Part shown: positions 1 through 12,779 of the stretch, piece after piece
How positions within the stretch are numbered: the stretch's first letter is position 1
Layout of the letters: every line of letters starts with the position of its first letter
Assembly (NCBI GenBank): GCA_964187785.1
Contig: OZ076421.1
Location: forward strand, 16,616,001-16,680,000
Reading direction: 5' to 3'
From: Amphiscolops sp. MND2022
Lineage: Eukaryota
Length of the DNA stretch: 64,000 nt
Made by a program: the position numbers and the translations under genes
Notes under the pieces: model-generated
Told to the model about the DNA's origin: nothing
Databases searched by the model: none
Seen by the model: only the letters and a program-made list of their open reading frames with translations

Positions 1-236
1 CTCGTCTCTTTTGAGAGGCAGTGGTGGGAAACTTATACGTGTCTGGAGCCATGCAGGAACCGCCGCAACTGCCCTCAATTCCCCTATCAGATAGTTTACA
101 AGAATTTCGCCGCCAGTGGAGCCAGGTTTCAACATCCATCCGTGAGATGAGCTAGAAGGTTGAGTTGAAAGGAGAATATAGACCTCATAGTAGCAGCAAT
201 CGCAGTAGTTTTCGAAATACAATGTCTGTAATGATA

Positions 237-480
237 AGGACAACCGACGACGAAGAAGAAAGAAGGCGAGTGTATGTGCTATTTATAATACTAACACTTT
301 TAATATTAAGGGCAGCCGACGACGAATAAGAAAGCAGATGAGTGTATGTGTTATTTATAATACTATCATTTTTAATGACAAGGACAGCCGACGACAAAGA
401 AGAAAGAAGATGAGCTTATGTGTTATTTGTTATACTAATATTTATATTAATAAGGACAGCCTGCGACAAAGAAAGTGAAG
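237..480 (+). repeat. ~72-bp minisatellite in each array unit (also ~2510-2885, 3350-3655, 5577-5820, 7747-8105, 10034-10395, 12324-12519)
   Basis: The monomer aggacagccgacgacgaagaagaaagaagatgagtgtatgtgttatttataatactaacatttttaata starts at 237, 309, 381 and 453 in unit 1. Copy number and GAC/GAA triplet length vary between units. Confidence 0.92.
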
Positions 481-632
481 ACGAGAGAAATAACAACAGT
501 AAAAAAAAGGATGTAGAGAGATCCCAAGCTTGAAGTAGTTCTGAAAGTGTTCAATAGTGAGTGTCGTAATCGTTAATTTCCCCTGCCTATCGGCTCTTAA
601 AGTTAGTCAAAATCAGCCAATCACAAATATGA

Positions 633-1256
633 GAACTCCATTCAGTACCTGCTCTTGAGGTTAAAAGTATTGTTTCTCGTGTCGCTCGTGTTGGTGCCAG
701 GAACCTCGTCTCTTTTGAGAGGCAGTGGTGGGAAACTTATACGTGCCTGGAGCCATGCAGGAACCGCCGTCACTGCCCTCAATTCCCCTATCAGATAGTT
801 AACAAGAATTTCGCCGCCAGTGGAGCCAGGTTTCAACATCCAGATCCTGCAAAGAACCTACTCAACATTTTCTATGATGCCCTCTCATTTCGCCCCCACA
901 CTGAAGTAGTATATCACAACTGCATCATGAATTCTTTAACATTGCCTCCTAATGCAACTCCAAATGCGTCTGTTAACACCCCGAATGAAGTTATCAATGA
1001 AATACAAGTTTTACAAGAGCTCTGTCGACCCTCGCAATTTGTTGTTGCTTTAGTGCGGCGAAAGAAAGAAGATTCGGTGAAGCTTCCCCCAAATACAAAT
1101 CGAAAGGTGGGCGATATAGCAAGATCGTTCGAGTCTGATCTCGATTTTCGTATCAATGCCTTGTAACGGCAAAACCTTGAATTCTTTGACCTTAATCTTT
1201 CGAATTCTTTCCAAATAAATGATCCAGCCCACCAGACAGTTGACTCCCTAAAATGA
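633..1256 (+). pseudogene. SGNH/GDSL-hydrolase-like ORF with a premature stop (copies at ~3843-4430, 5974-6598, 8150-8683, 10440-10972)
   Basis: One frame reads RVA(L/R)VGA(S/R)NL...NFAASGARF...VVYH(D/N)CIMNSL...INAL*RQNLEFFDLNLSNSFQINDPAHQT. The order resembles SGNH blocks I, II, III and V (DxxH). TAA at 1164-1166 is shared by all full copies. Confidence 0.55.
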
Positions 1257-1481
1257 GAATTGCGAAAATATTTCGCTTTTACGGCTAAAATGCCCTTCTT
1301 CCCTTTTCTGAGTTGTTTTCAACACAAATTTCATTCATTTTTTTTGTTTTTCCTGCTGTTTTTCGTTTCTCTGTCAGTTTAAGCCCTTTAGAGTTTTAAC
1401 CTGACCCCCGGCCTCTTTGTCGTTTTTTTGTTTCCTTAATTGTTATTAGAACAGTTCTTTTCTTTCAGCATACGATGTTGA

Positions 1482-1949
1482 TTGGTCTTCATTGGAATTT
1501 CGTTTTTTTTCTCGTTTGTGACCAAGCAACTCGAGGTCGACTCTGCCGTCATTGCAGACGTCTGTGCTGCCAAACTGTGCGACGGTCAGACTTACCACGA
1601 GCCGTGCGGTTGTCTCGAGTCGAAAGCTAAGAAAAAATGGGTCCTTTTTTTCCAGTTCACCTGTCCCGAGTTAAATGAAAACGTTCACAACGACGACTTT
1701 TTATCGATGTACTCATCTCATTCCACGGATTTTTTTGTAAGTCAAGAGGTCAGGAAATTTAAGGCTGATTCGGACCGCGTTGATAAGTTTCAACTGGATA
1801 CACGTGTGCAAGATATGGTTAGGGGAATAATCAGAGCGGAGGGATTTAGGATTATAGGTTGGTTCAAACCCGCTGTGGACGACGAAGGGACAGCCATGGA
1901 GCATAAGAACTTCCACATCGCGCGATTGGACCCGGAGGAGAAAAACTGA
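1482..1949 (+). CDS. Unknown protein (CDGQ-x5-CGC ... GFRIIGWFKP ... HIARLDP); open only in unit 1, frameshifted in the others
   Basis: 155-aa ORF. Other copies have 6 T rather than 7 T in gtcctttttttccag, which shifts the frame. A strong acceptor-like tract ttcttttctttcag ends at 1468, so this may be an internal exon. Confidence 0.5.
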   Translation: MVFIGISFFFSFVTKQLEVDSAVIADVCAAKLCDGQTYHEPCGCLESKAKKKWVLFFQFTCPELNENVHNDDFLSMYSSHSTDFFVSQEVRKFKADSDRVDKFQLDTRVQDMVRGIIRAEGFRIIGWFKPAVDDEGTAMEHKNFHIARLDPEEKN

Positions 1950-4900
1950 AGTGTGTTGGTATCGGTTGGTAAAAGGATTGGGAGAACTCAGTGCCTCCAG
2001 TCACTTGTCTTCAAAACGTAAACTGAAACTTCGTAAAAACTGAAAAGTGTGATGGTATCGGTTGGCAAGTGGCTTGGGAGACCTGAGTGCTTCCAGTCAC
2101 TTGGTTTGTAAAAAAAACAATGAAACACCCCGGAGAACAGGAGCAGACGACAGGACGAACAAAACAGTAACAGACGACAGTACAAACTTAAAGTATGAGC
2201 TTGTGTAGCCCTTTTGAGCCTTCCAAGTTCATACACAAACAAAATACATTAAAAACATTCAAAAAACACTGCAAGGACAATTTTATCCGATTTTGACTTT
2301 TTGAACAAGACTTCGACTTTTCAACCGCACTTTTTGACAGAAAAAAAAACAAACTACCCTTAATGACTGACTGAATTCAACTCCTTTTCCTACTCCTCCT
2401 ACAAATGGTTTCCCGTGAGATGAGCTCGAAGGTTGAGTTGAAAGAAGATAATATAGACCTCATAGTAGCAGCAATCGCAGTAGTTTTCGAAATACAATGT
2501 CTGTAATGATAAGGACAACCGACGACGAAGAAGAAAGAAGGCGAGTGTATGTGCTATCTATAATACTAACACTTTTAATAATAAGGGCAGCCGACGACGA
2601 ATAAGAAAGAAGATGAGTGTATGTGTTATTTATAATACTATCATTTTTAATGACAAGGACAGCCGACGACGAAGAAGAAAGAAGATGAGCTTATGTTCTA
2701 TCTATAATACAGATAATAATATTAAGGACAACCGACGATGACGAAAAAAGAAGATGAGTGTGTGTGTGTGTTCTTTATAATACTAACATTTTTAATAAGG
2801 ACAGCCGACGACGACGAAGAAAGAAGATGAGCTTATGTTATTTGTTATACTAATATTTATATTAATAAGGACAACCTGCGACAAAGAAAGTGAAGACGAC
2901 AGAATTAACAACGGTAAAAAAAGGATGTAGTTTGTCTCAAGCTTGAAGTAGTTTCGAAAGTGTTCAATAGTGAGTGTCGTAATCGTTACTTTCCGCCGCC
3001 TATCGGCTCTTATAGTCAAAATCAGCGAATCACAAATATGAATACTTCATTCAGTACGTGCTCTTCAGGTTAAAAGTATGGTTTCTCGTGTCGCTCTTGT
3101 TGGTGCAAGCAACCTCGTCTCTTTTGAGAGGCAGTGGTGGGAAACTTATACGTGTCTGGAGCCATGCAGGAACCGCCGCAACTGCCCTCAATTCCCCTAT
3201 CAGATAGTTTACAAGAATTTCGCCGCCAGTGGAGCCAGGTTTCAACATCCATCCGTGAGATGAGCCAGAAGGTTGAGTTGAAAGGAGAATATAGACCTCA
3301 TAGTAGCAGCAATCGCAGTAGTTTTCGAAATACAATGTCTGTAATGATAAGGACAACCGACGACGAAGAAGAAAGAAGGCGAGTGTATGTGCTATTTATA
3401 ATACTATCATTTTTAATGACAAGGACAGCCGACGACGAAGAAAGAAGATGAGCTTATGTTCTATCTATAATACTGATAATAATATTAAGGACAACCGACG
3501 ATGACGAAAAAAGAAGATGAGTGTGTGTGTGTGTTCTTTATAATACTAACATTTTTAATAAGGACAGCCGACGAGACGACGAAGAAAGAAGATGAGCTTA
3601 TGTTATTTGTTATACTAATATTTATATTAATAAGGACAACCTGCGACAAAGAAAGTGAAGACGACAGAATTAACAACGGTAAAAAAAGGATGTAGTTTGT
3701 CTCAAGCTTGAAGTAGTTTCGAAAGTGTTCAATAGTGAGTGTCGTAATCGTTACTTTCCGCCGCCTATCGGCTCTTATAGTCAAAATCAGCGAATCACAA
3801 ATATGAATACTTCATTCAGTACGTGCTCTTCAGGTTAAAAGTATGGTTTCTCGTGTCGCTCTTGTTGGTGCAAGCAACCTCGTCTCTTTTGAGAGGCAGT
3901 GGTGGGAAACTTATACGTGCCTGGAGCCATGCAGGAACCGCCGTCACTACCCTCAATTCCCCTATCAGATAGTTTACAAGAATTTCGCCGCCAGTGGAGC
4001 CAGGTTTCAACATCCAGATCCTGCAAAGAACCTACTCAACATTTTCTATGATCCCCTCTCATTTCGCCCCCACACTGAAGGAGTATATCACGACTGTATC
4101 ATGAATTCTTCAACATTGCCTCCTCATGCAACTACAATGCGTCTGTTATCACCCCGAATGAAGTTATCAATGAAATACAAGTTTTACAAGAGCTCTGTCG
4201 ACCCTCGCAACTTGTTGTTGCTTTAGTGCGGCGAAAGAAAGAAGATTCGGTGAAGCTTCCCCTAAATACAAATCGAAAAGTGGGCGATATAGCAAGATGG
4301 TTCGAGTCTGATCTCGATTTTCGTATCAATGCCTTGTAACGGCAAAACCTTGAATACTTTGACCTTAATCTTTCGAGATCTTTCCAAATAAACGATCCAG
4401 CCCACCAGACAGTTGACTCCCTTAAAATGAGCAATGCGAAAATAGTTCGCTTTTACGGCTAAAATGCCCTTCCCTTTTCTGAGTTGTTTTCAACTCAAAT
4501 TTCATTCATTTTTTGTTTTTCCTGCTGTTTTTCGTTTTTCTGTCACTTTAAACCCTTTAGTGTTTTAACCTGACTCGCCGTCCTCTTAGTCGTTTTTTTT
4601 GTTTCCTTAATTCTTGTTAGGACAGAACTTTGCCTTCAGCATACGACGTTGAAGGGTCTTCATTGGAATTTCGTTTTTTTTTTCTCGTTTGTGACCAAGC
4701 AACTCGAGGTCGACTCTGTCGTCATCGCAGACGTCTGTGCTGCCAAACTGTGCGACGGTCAGACTTACCACGAGCCGTGCAGTTGTTTTGAGTCGAAGGC
4801 TAAGAAAAAATGGGTCCTTTTTTCCAGTTCACCTGTCCCGAGTTAAATGAAAACGTTCACAACGACGACTTATCGATGTACTCATCTCATTCCACGGAAT

Positions 4901-7900
4901 TTTTTGTAAGTCAAGAGGTCAGGAAATTTAAGGCTGATTCGGAGCGCTGATAGGTTTCAACTGGATACACGTGTGCAAGATATGGTTAGGGAAATTAAAA
5001 GAGCGGAAGGATTTAGGATTATATGTTGGTTCAAACCCGCTGTGGACGACGAAGGGACAGCCATGGAGCATAAGAACTTCCACATCGCGCGACTGGAACC
5101 GGAGGAGAAAAACTAAAGTGTGCTGGTATCGGTTGGCAAGTGGCTTGGGAGACCTGGATGCCTCCAGTCACTTGGTTTGTAAAAAAGACAATGAAAAACC
5201 CCGGAGAGCAGGAGCAGACGACATGACGAAGAGAACAGTAACAGACGACAGTACACACTTATATGAGCTTGTGTAGCCCTTTTGAGCCTTCCAAGTTTAT
5301 ACACAAACAAAATACATTAAAAAACATTTAAAAACACTGGAAGGACAATTGACTCCGACCTTGACTTTTTGAACAAGACTTCGACTTTCCAACCGCACTT
5401 TTTGACAGAAGAAAAACTAAAACTACCCTTAATGACTGACTGAATTGAACTCTTTTTCCTACTCCTACAATTGGTTCTCCCCGAGATGAGCTAGAAGGTT
5501 GAGTTGAAAGAAGATAATATAGACCTCAGAGTAGCAGCAATCGCAGTAGTTTTCGAAATACAATGTTTGTAATGATAAGGACAACCGACGACGAAGAAGA
5601 AAGAAGGTGAGTGTATGTGTTATCTATAATACTAACACTTTTAATTATAAGGGCAGCCGACGACGAAAAAGAAAGCAGATGAGGGTATGTGCTATTTATA
5701 ATACTATCATTTTTAATAACAAGGACAGCCGACGACAAAGAAGAAAGAAGATGAGCTTATGTGTTATTTGTTATACTAATATTTATATTAATAAGGACAG
5801 CCTGCGACAAAGAAAGTGAAGACGACAGAAATAACAACAGTAAAAAAAAGGATGTAGAGAGATCCCAAGCTTGAAGTAGTTCTGAAAGTGTTCAATAGTG
5901 AGTGTCGTAATCGTTAATTTCCCCTGCCTATCGGCTCTTAAAGTTAGTCAAAATCAGCCAATCACAAATATGAGAACTCCATTCAGTACCTGCTCTTGAG
6001 GTTAAAAGTATTGTTTCTCGTGTCGCTCGTGTTGGTGCCAGGAACCTCGTCTCTTTTGAGAGGCAGTGGTGGGAAACTTATACGTGCCTGGAGCCATGCA
6101 GGAACCGCCGTCACTGCCCTCAATTCCCCTATCAGATAGTTAACAAGAATTTCGCCGCCAGTGGAGCCAGGTTTCAACATCCAGATCCTGCAAAGAACCT
6201 ACTCAACATTTTCTATGATGCCCTCTCATTTCGCCCCCACACTGAAGTAGTATATCACAACTGCATCATGAATTCTTTAACATTGCCTCCTAATGCAACT
6301 CCAAATGCGTCTGTTAACACCCCGAATGAAGTTATCAATGAAATACAAGTTTTACAAGAGCTCTGTCGACCCTCGCAATTTGTTGTTGCTTTAGTGCGGC
6401 GAAAGAAAGAAGATTCGGTGAAGCTTCCCCCAAATACAAATCGAAAGGTGGGCGATATAGCAAGATCGTTCGAGTCTGATCTCGATTTTCGTATCAATGC
6501 CTTGTAACGGCAAAACCTTGAATTCTTTGACCTTAATCTTTCGAATTCTTTCCAAATAAATGATCCAGCCCACCAGACAGTTGACTCCCTTAAAATGAGC
6601 AATGCGAAAATAGTTCGCTTTTACGGCTAAAATGCCCTTCCCTTTTCTGAGTTGTTTTCAACTCAAATTTCATTCATTTTTTGTTTTTCCTGCTGTTTTT
6701 CGTTTTTCTGTCACTTTAAACCCTTTAGTGTTTTAACCTGACTCGCCGTCCTCTTAGTCGTTTTTTTTTGTTTCCTTAATTCTTGTTAGGACAGAACTTT
6801 GCCTTCAGCATACGACGTTGAAGGGTCTTCATTGGCATTTCGTTTTTTTTCTCGTTTGTGACCAAGCAACTCGAGGTCGACTCTGTCGTCATCGCAGACG
6901 TCTGTGCTGCCAAACTGTGCGACGGTCAGACTTACCACGAGCCGTGCAGTTGTTTTGAGTCGAAGGCTAAGAAAAAATGGGTCCTTTTTTCCAGTTCACC
7001 TGTCCCGAGTTAAATGAAAACGTTCACAACGACGACTTATCGATGTACTCATCTCATTCCACGGAATTTTTTGTAAGTCAAGAGGTCAGGAAATTTAAGG
7101 CTGATTCGGAGCGCTGATAGGTTTCAACTGGATACACGTGTGCAAGATATGGTTAGGGAAATTAAAAGAGCGGAAGGATTTAGGATTATATGTTGGTTCA
7201 AACCCGCTGTGGACGACGAAGGGACAGCCATGGAGCATAAGAACTTCCACATCGCGCGACTGGAACCGGAGAAGGAGAAAAACTAAAGTGTGCTGGTATC
7301 GGTTGGCAAGTGGCTTGGGAGACCTGGATGCCTCCAGTCACTTGGTTTGTAAAAAAGACAATGAAAAACCCCGGAGAGCAGGAGCAGACGACATGACGAA
7401 GAGAACAGTAACAGACGACAGTACACACTTATATGAGCTTGTGTAGCCCTTTTGAGCCTTCCAAGTTTATACACAAACAAAATACATTAAAAAACATTTA
7501 AAAACACTGGAAGGACAATTGACTCCGACCTTGACTTTTTGAACAAGACTTCGACTTTCCAACCGCACTTTTTGACAGAAGAAAAACTAAAACTACCCTT
7601 AATGACTGACTGAATTGAACTCTTTTCCCTACTCCTACAATTGGTTTTCCCCGAGATGAGCTAGAAGGTTGAGTTGAAAGAAGATAATATAGACCTCAGA
7701 GTAGCAGCAATCGCAGTAGTTTTCGAAATACAATGTTTGTAATGATAAGGACAACCGACGACGAAGAAGAAAGAAGGTGAGTGTATGTGTTATCTATAAT
7801 ACTAACACTTTTAATTATAAGGGCAGCCGACGACGAAAAAGAAAGCAGATGAGGGTATGTGCTATTTATAATACTATCATTTTTAATAACAAGGACAGCC

Positions 7901-10900
7901 GACGACAAAGAAGAAAGAAGATGAGCTCATGTTCTATCTATAATACTAATAAAAATATCAAGGACAGACGATGATGACGAAGAAAGAAGATGAGCGTATG
8001 TGTTCTTTATAATACTAACATTTTTATTATTGAGGACAGCCGACGACGACGAACAAAGATGAGCTTATGTGTTACTTGTTATACTAATATTTATATTAAT
8101 AAGGACTCTTTTGAGAGGCATGTCGCTTTTGAATCAGGATAATCTTTTGAGAGGCAGTCGTGGGAAACTTGTACGTGCCTGGAGCCATACAGGAACCGCC
8201 GTTACTGCCCTCAAGTCCCCCATCAGATAGTTTACGAGAATTTCACCACCAGTGGAGCCAGGTTTCAACATCCAGATCCTGAAAACAACCTCAACATTTT
8301 CTATGATGCCCTCTCATTTCATCCCACACTGAAGTAGTATATCACGACTGTATCATGAAATCTTTGCCATTGCCTCCTCATGCAACTCCAAATGCTTCTG
8401 TCATCACCCCGAATGAAGTCATCAAAGAAATACAAGTTTTACAAGAGCTCCGTCGACCCTCACAATTTGTTGTTGTTTTAGTGCGGCGAAAGAAAGAAGA
8501 TTCGGTGAAGCTTCCCCCAAATACAAATCGAAAAGTGGGCGATATAGCAAGATCGTTCGAGTCTGATCTCGATTTTCGCATGAATGCCTTGTAACGGCAA
8601 AACTTTGAATACTTTGACCTTAATCTTTCTAGTTCTCTCAAATAAATGATCCAGCCCATCAGACAGTTGACTCCCTAAAATGAGCATTGCGAAAATAGTT
8701 CGCTTTTACGTCTAAATTGCCCTTCTTCCCTTTTCTGAATTGTTTTGAACTCAAATTTCATTCAATTTTTGTTTTTCCTGCTGTTTTTCGTTTTTCTGTC
8801 AGTTTAAGCCCTTTAGTGTTTTAACCTGACCCTTCGTCCTCTTTGTCGTTTTTTTGTTTCCTTAATTCTTGTTAGAACAGTTCTTTTCCTTCAGCATACG
8901 ACGTTGATGGGTCTTCATTGGAATTTCGTTTTTTCCTCGTTTGTGACCAAGCAACTCGAGGTCGACTCTGCCGTCATCGCAGACGTCTGTGCTGCCAAAC
9001 TGTGCGACGGTCAGACTTACCACGAGCCGTGCAGTTGTGTTGAGTCGAAGGCTAATAAAAAATGGGTCCTTTTTTCCAGTTCACCAGTCCCGAGTTAAAT
9101 GAAAACGTTAACAACGACGACTTATCGATGTACTCATCTCATTCCACGGAATTTTTTGTAAGTCAAGAGGTCAGGAAATTTAAGGCTGATTCGAACCGCG
9201 TTGATAGGTTTCAACTGGATACACGTGTGCAAGATATGGTTAGGGAAATGAACAGAGCGGAGGGATTTAGGATTATAGGTTGGTTCAAACCCGCTGTGGA
9301 CGACGAAGGGACAGTCATGGAGCATAAGAACTTCCACATCGCGCGACTGGAACCGGAGAAGGAGAAAACTAAAGTGTGTTGGTATCGGTTGGCAAGTGGC
9401 TTGGGAGAACTGAGGGCCTCCAGTCACTTGTCTTTAAAATGCAAACTGAAACTTCGTAAAAACTAAAAAGTGTCATGGTATCGGTTGGCAAGTGGCTTGG
9501 GAGACACGAGTGCCTCCAGGCACTTGTCTTTAAAATTTAAAACAGCGTATAAAATGGTACATGTACAACAGCAACGAAAGTGGTAAGTGGCTGGCAAGTG
9601 GCTTGGGAGACCTGAGTGCCTCCAGTCACTTGGTTTGTAAAAGACAATGAAACACCCCGGAGAGCAGGAGCAGACGATATGACAAACAGAACAGTAGCAG
9701 ACGACAGTACGGACTTAGTGTATGAGCTTGTGTAGCCCTTTTGAGCTTTCCAAGTTCATACACAAACAAAATACACTAAAAACATTTAAATAACATTGGA
9801 AGGACAATTGACTCCAATTTTGACTTTTTGAACAAGACTTAGACTTTTCAACCGCACTTTTTGACAGAAAATAAAACAAACTACCCTTAATGACTGACTG
9901 AATTCAACTCCTTTTACTACTCCTACAATTGGTTTTCCCTGAGATGAACTAGAAGGTTGAGTTGAAAGAAGATAAAATAGACCTCAGAGTAGCAGCAATC
10001 GCAGTAGTTTTCGAAATACAATGTTTGTAATGATAAGGACAACCGACGACGAAGAAGAAAGAAGGTGAGTGTATGTGTTTTCTATAATACTAACACTTTT
10101 AATTATAAGGGGCAGCCGACGACGAAAAAGAAAGCAGATGAGGGTATGTGCTATTTATAATACTATCATTTTTAATAACAAGGACAGCCGACGACAAAGA
10201 AGAAAGAAGATGAGCTCATGTTCTATCTATAATACTAATAAAAATATCAAGGACAGACGATGATGACGAAGAAAGAAGATGAGCGTATGTGTTCATTATA
10301 ATACTAACATTTTTATTAATAAGGACAGCCGACGACGACGAACGAAGATGAGCTTATGTGTTACTTGTTATACTAATATTTATATTAATAAGGACTCTTT
10401 TGAGAGGCATGTCGCTTTTGAATCAGGATAATCTTTTGAGAGGCAGTCGTGGGAAACTTGTACGTGCCTGGAGCCATAAAGGAACCGCCGTTACTGCCCT
10501 CAAGTCCCCCATCAGATAGTTTACAAGAATTTCACGACCAGTGGAGCCAGGTTTCAACATCCAGATCCTGAAAACAACCTCAACATTTTCTATGAAGCCC
10601 TCTCATTTCACCCCACACTGAAGTAGTATATCACGACTGTATCATGAATTCTTTGCCATTGCCTCCTCATGCAACTCCAAAAGCTTCTGTAATCACCCCG
10701 AATGAAGTCATCAATGAAATACAAGTTTTACAAGAGCTCTGTCGACCCTCACAATTTGTTGTTGTTTTAGTGCGGCGAAAGAAAGAAGATTCGGTGAAGC
10801 TTCCCCCAAATACAAATCGAAAAGTGGGCGATATAGCAAGATCGTTCGAGTCTGATCTCGATTTTCGCATGAATGCCTTGTAACGGCAAAACTTTGAATA

Positions 10901-12779
10901 CTTTGACCTTAATCTTTCTAATTCTCTCAAATAAATGATCCAGCCCATCAGACAGTTGACTCCCTAAAATGAGCATTGCGAAAATAGTTCGCTTTTACGG
11001 CTAAATTGCCCTTCTTCCCTTTTCTGAATTGTTTTCAACTCTAATTTCATTCAATTTTTGTTTTTCCTGCTGTTTATCGTTTTTCTGTCAGTTTAAGCCC
11101 TTTAGTGTTTTAACCTGACCCTTCATCCTCTTTGTCGTTTTTTTTGTTTCCTTAATTCTTGTTAGAACAGTTCTTTTCCTTCAGCATACGACGTTGATGG
11201 GTCTTCATTGGAATTTCGTTTTTTCCTCGTTTGTGACCAAGCAACTCGAGGTCGACTCTGCCGTCATCGCAGACGTCTGTGCTGCCAAACTGTGCGATGG
11301 TCAGACTTACCACGAGCCGTGCAGTTGTGTTGAGTCGAAGGCTAATAAAAAATGGGTCCTTTTTTCCAGTTCACCAGTCCCGAGTTAAATGAAAACGTTA
11401 ACAACGACGACTTATCGATGTACTCATCTCATTCCACGGAATTTTTTGTAAGTCAAGAGGTCAGGAAATTTAAGGCTGATTCGAACCGCGTTGATAGGTT
11501 TCAACTGGATACACGTGTGCAAGATATGGTTAGGGAAATGAATAGAGCGGAGGGATTTAGGATTATAGGTTGGTTCAAACCCGCTGTGGACGACGAAGGG
11601 ACAGTCATGTAGCATAAGAACTTCCACATCGCGCGACTGGAACCGGAGAAGGAGAAGACTAAAGTGTGTTGGTATCGGTTGGCAAGTGGCTTGGGAGAAC
11701 TGAGGGCCTCCAGTCACTTGTCTTTAGAATGCAAACTGAAACTTCGTAAAAACTAAAAAGTGTCATGGTATCGGTTGGCAAGTGGCTTGGGAGACACGAG
11801 TGCCTCCAGGCACTTGTCTTTAAAATTTAAAACAGCGTGTAAAATGGTACATGTACAACAGCAACGAAAGTGGTAAGTGGCTGGCAAGTGGCTTGGGAGA
11901 CCTGAGTGCCTCCAGTCACTTGGTTTGTAAAAGACAATGAAACACCCCGGAGAGCAGGAGCAGACGATATGACGAACAGAACAGTAACAGACGACAGTAC
12001 AGACTTAGTGTATGAGCTTGTGTAGCCCTTTTGAGCTTTCCAAGTTCATACACAAAAAAATACACTAAAAACATTTAAATAACACTGGAAGGACAATTGA
12101 CTCCAATTTTGACTTTTTGAACAAGACTTAGACTTTTCAACCGCACTTTTTGACAGAAAAAAAAACAAACTGCCCTTAATGACTGACTGAATTCAACTCC
12201 TTTTCCTACTCCTACAATTGGTTTTCCCTGAGATGAACTAGAAGGTTGAGTTGAAAGAAGATAAAATAGACCTCAGAGTAGCAGCAATCGCAGTAGTTTT
12301 CGAAATACAATGTTTGTAATGATAAGGACAACCGACGACGAAGAAGAAAGAAGGTGAGTGTATGTGTTATCTATAATACTAACACTTTTAATTATAAGGG
12401 CAGTCGACGACGAAAAAGAAAGCAGATGAGGGTATGTGCTATTTATAATACTATCATTTTTAATAACAAGGACAGCCGACGACAAAGAAAGAAGATGAGC
12501 TCATGTTCTATCTATAATAGGTTTTGGGGTAGGGCTGAACTACAGAGCGCTGCAGCGAACTAGTAACACTACCGTATACTCTTCTGGTTTAAAATTTTTT
12601 GATGTAATGAACAAAAGAGCCTGCGCATACGAACATGAATTTTCTGAGTTCAAAAAACTTTTCAATGATTTTGGGACAGTCGATAGTGTTGAACACGCAG
12701 GTAAGGTATTTGACGATTGTAACGTTGATGAATAACGTCGATGAACACGATAACTTAGGCTAGAAGATAAGGCTGAAAA

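Larger units (their letters stand above)
1..12519 (+). repeat. Head-to-tail tandem array of ~2.2-2.3 kb composite units plus 0.84-kb deletion derivatives; continues beyond the left edge
   Basis: The unit-head motif gagatga(g/a)c(t/c)(a/c)gaaggttgagttgaaag recurs at ~143, 2416, 3256, 5484, 7654, 9940 and 12231. Near-identical ORF translations recur (927/6268/8355/10644; 4971/7138; 8904/11194). The array stops abruptly at ~12519. Confidence 0.95.

Noticed and set aside
237-480. CRISPR-like array (regular short repeats)
   Set aside because: Monomers are contiguous and degenerate with no unique spacers; there are no cas genes and the context is eukaryotic.
1-12519. Tandem rDNA, 5S, snRNA, SL-RNA or histone cluster
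   Set aside because: No recognisable RNA-gene or histone sequence in the unit.
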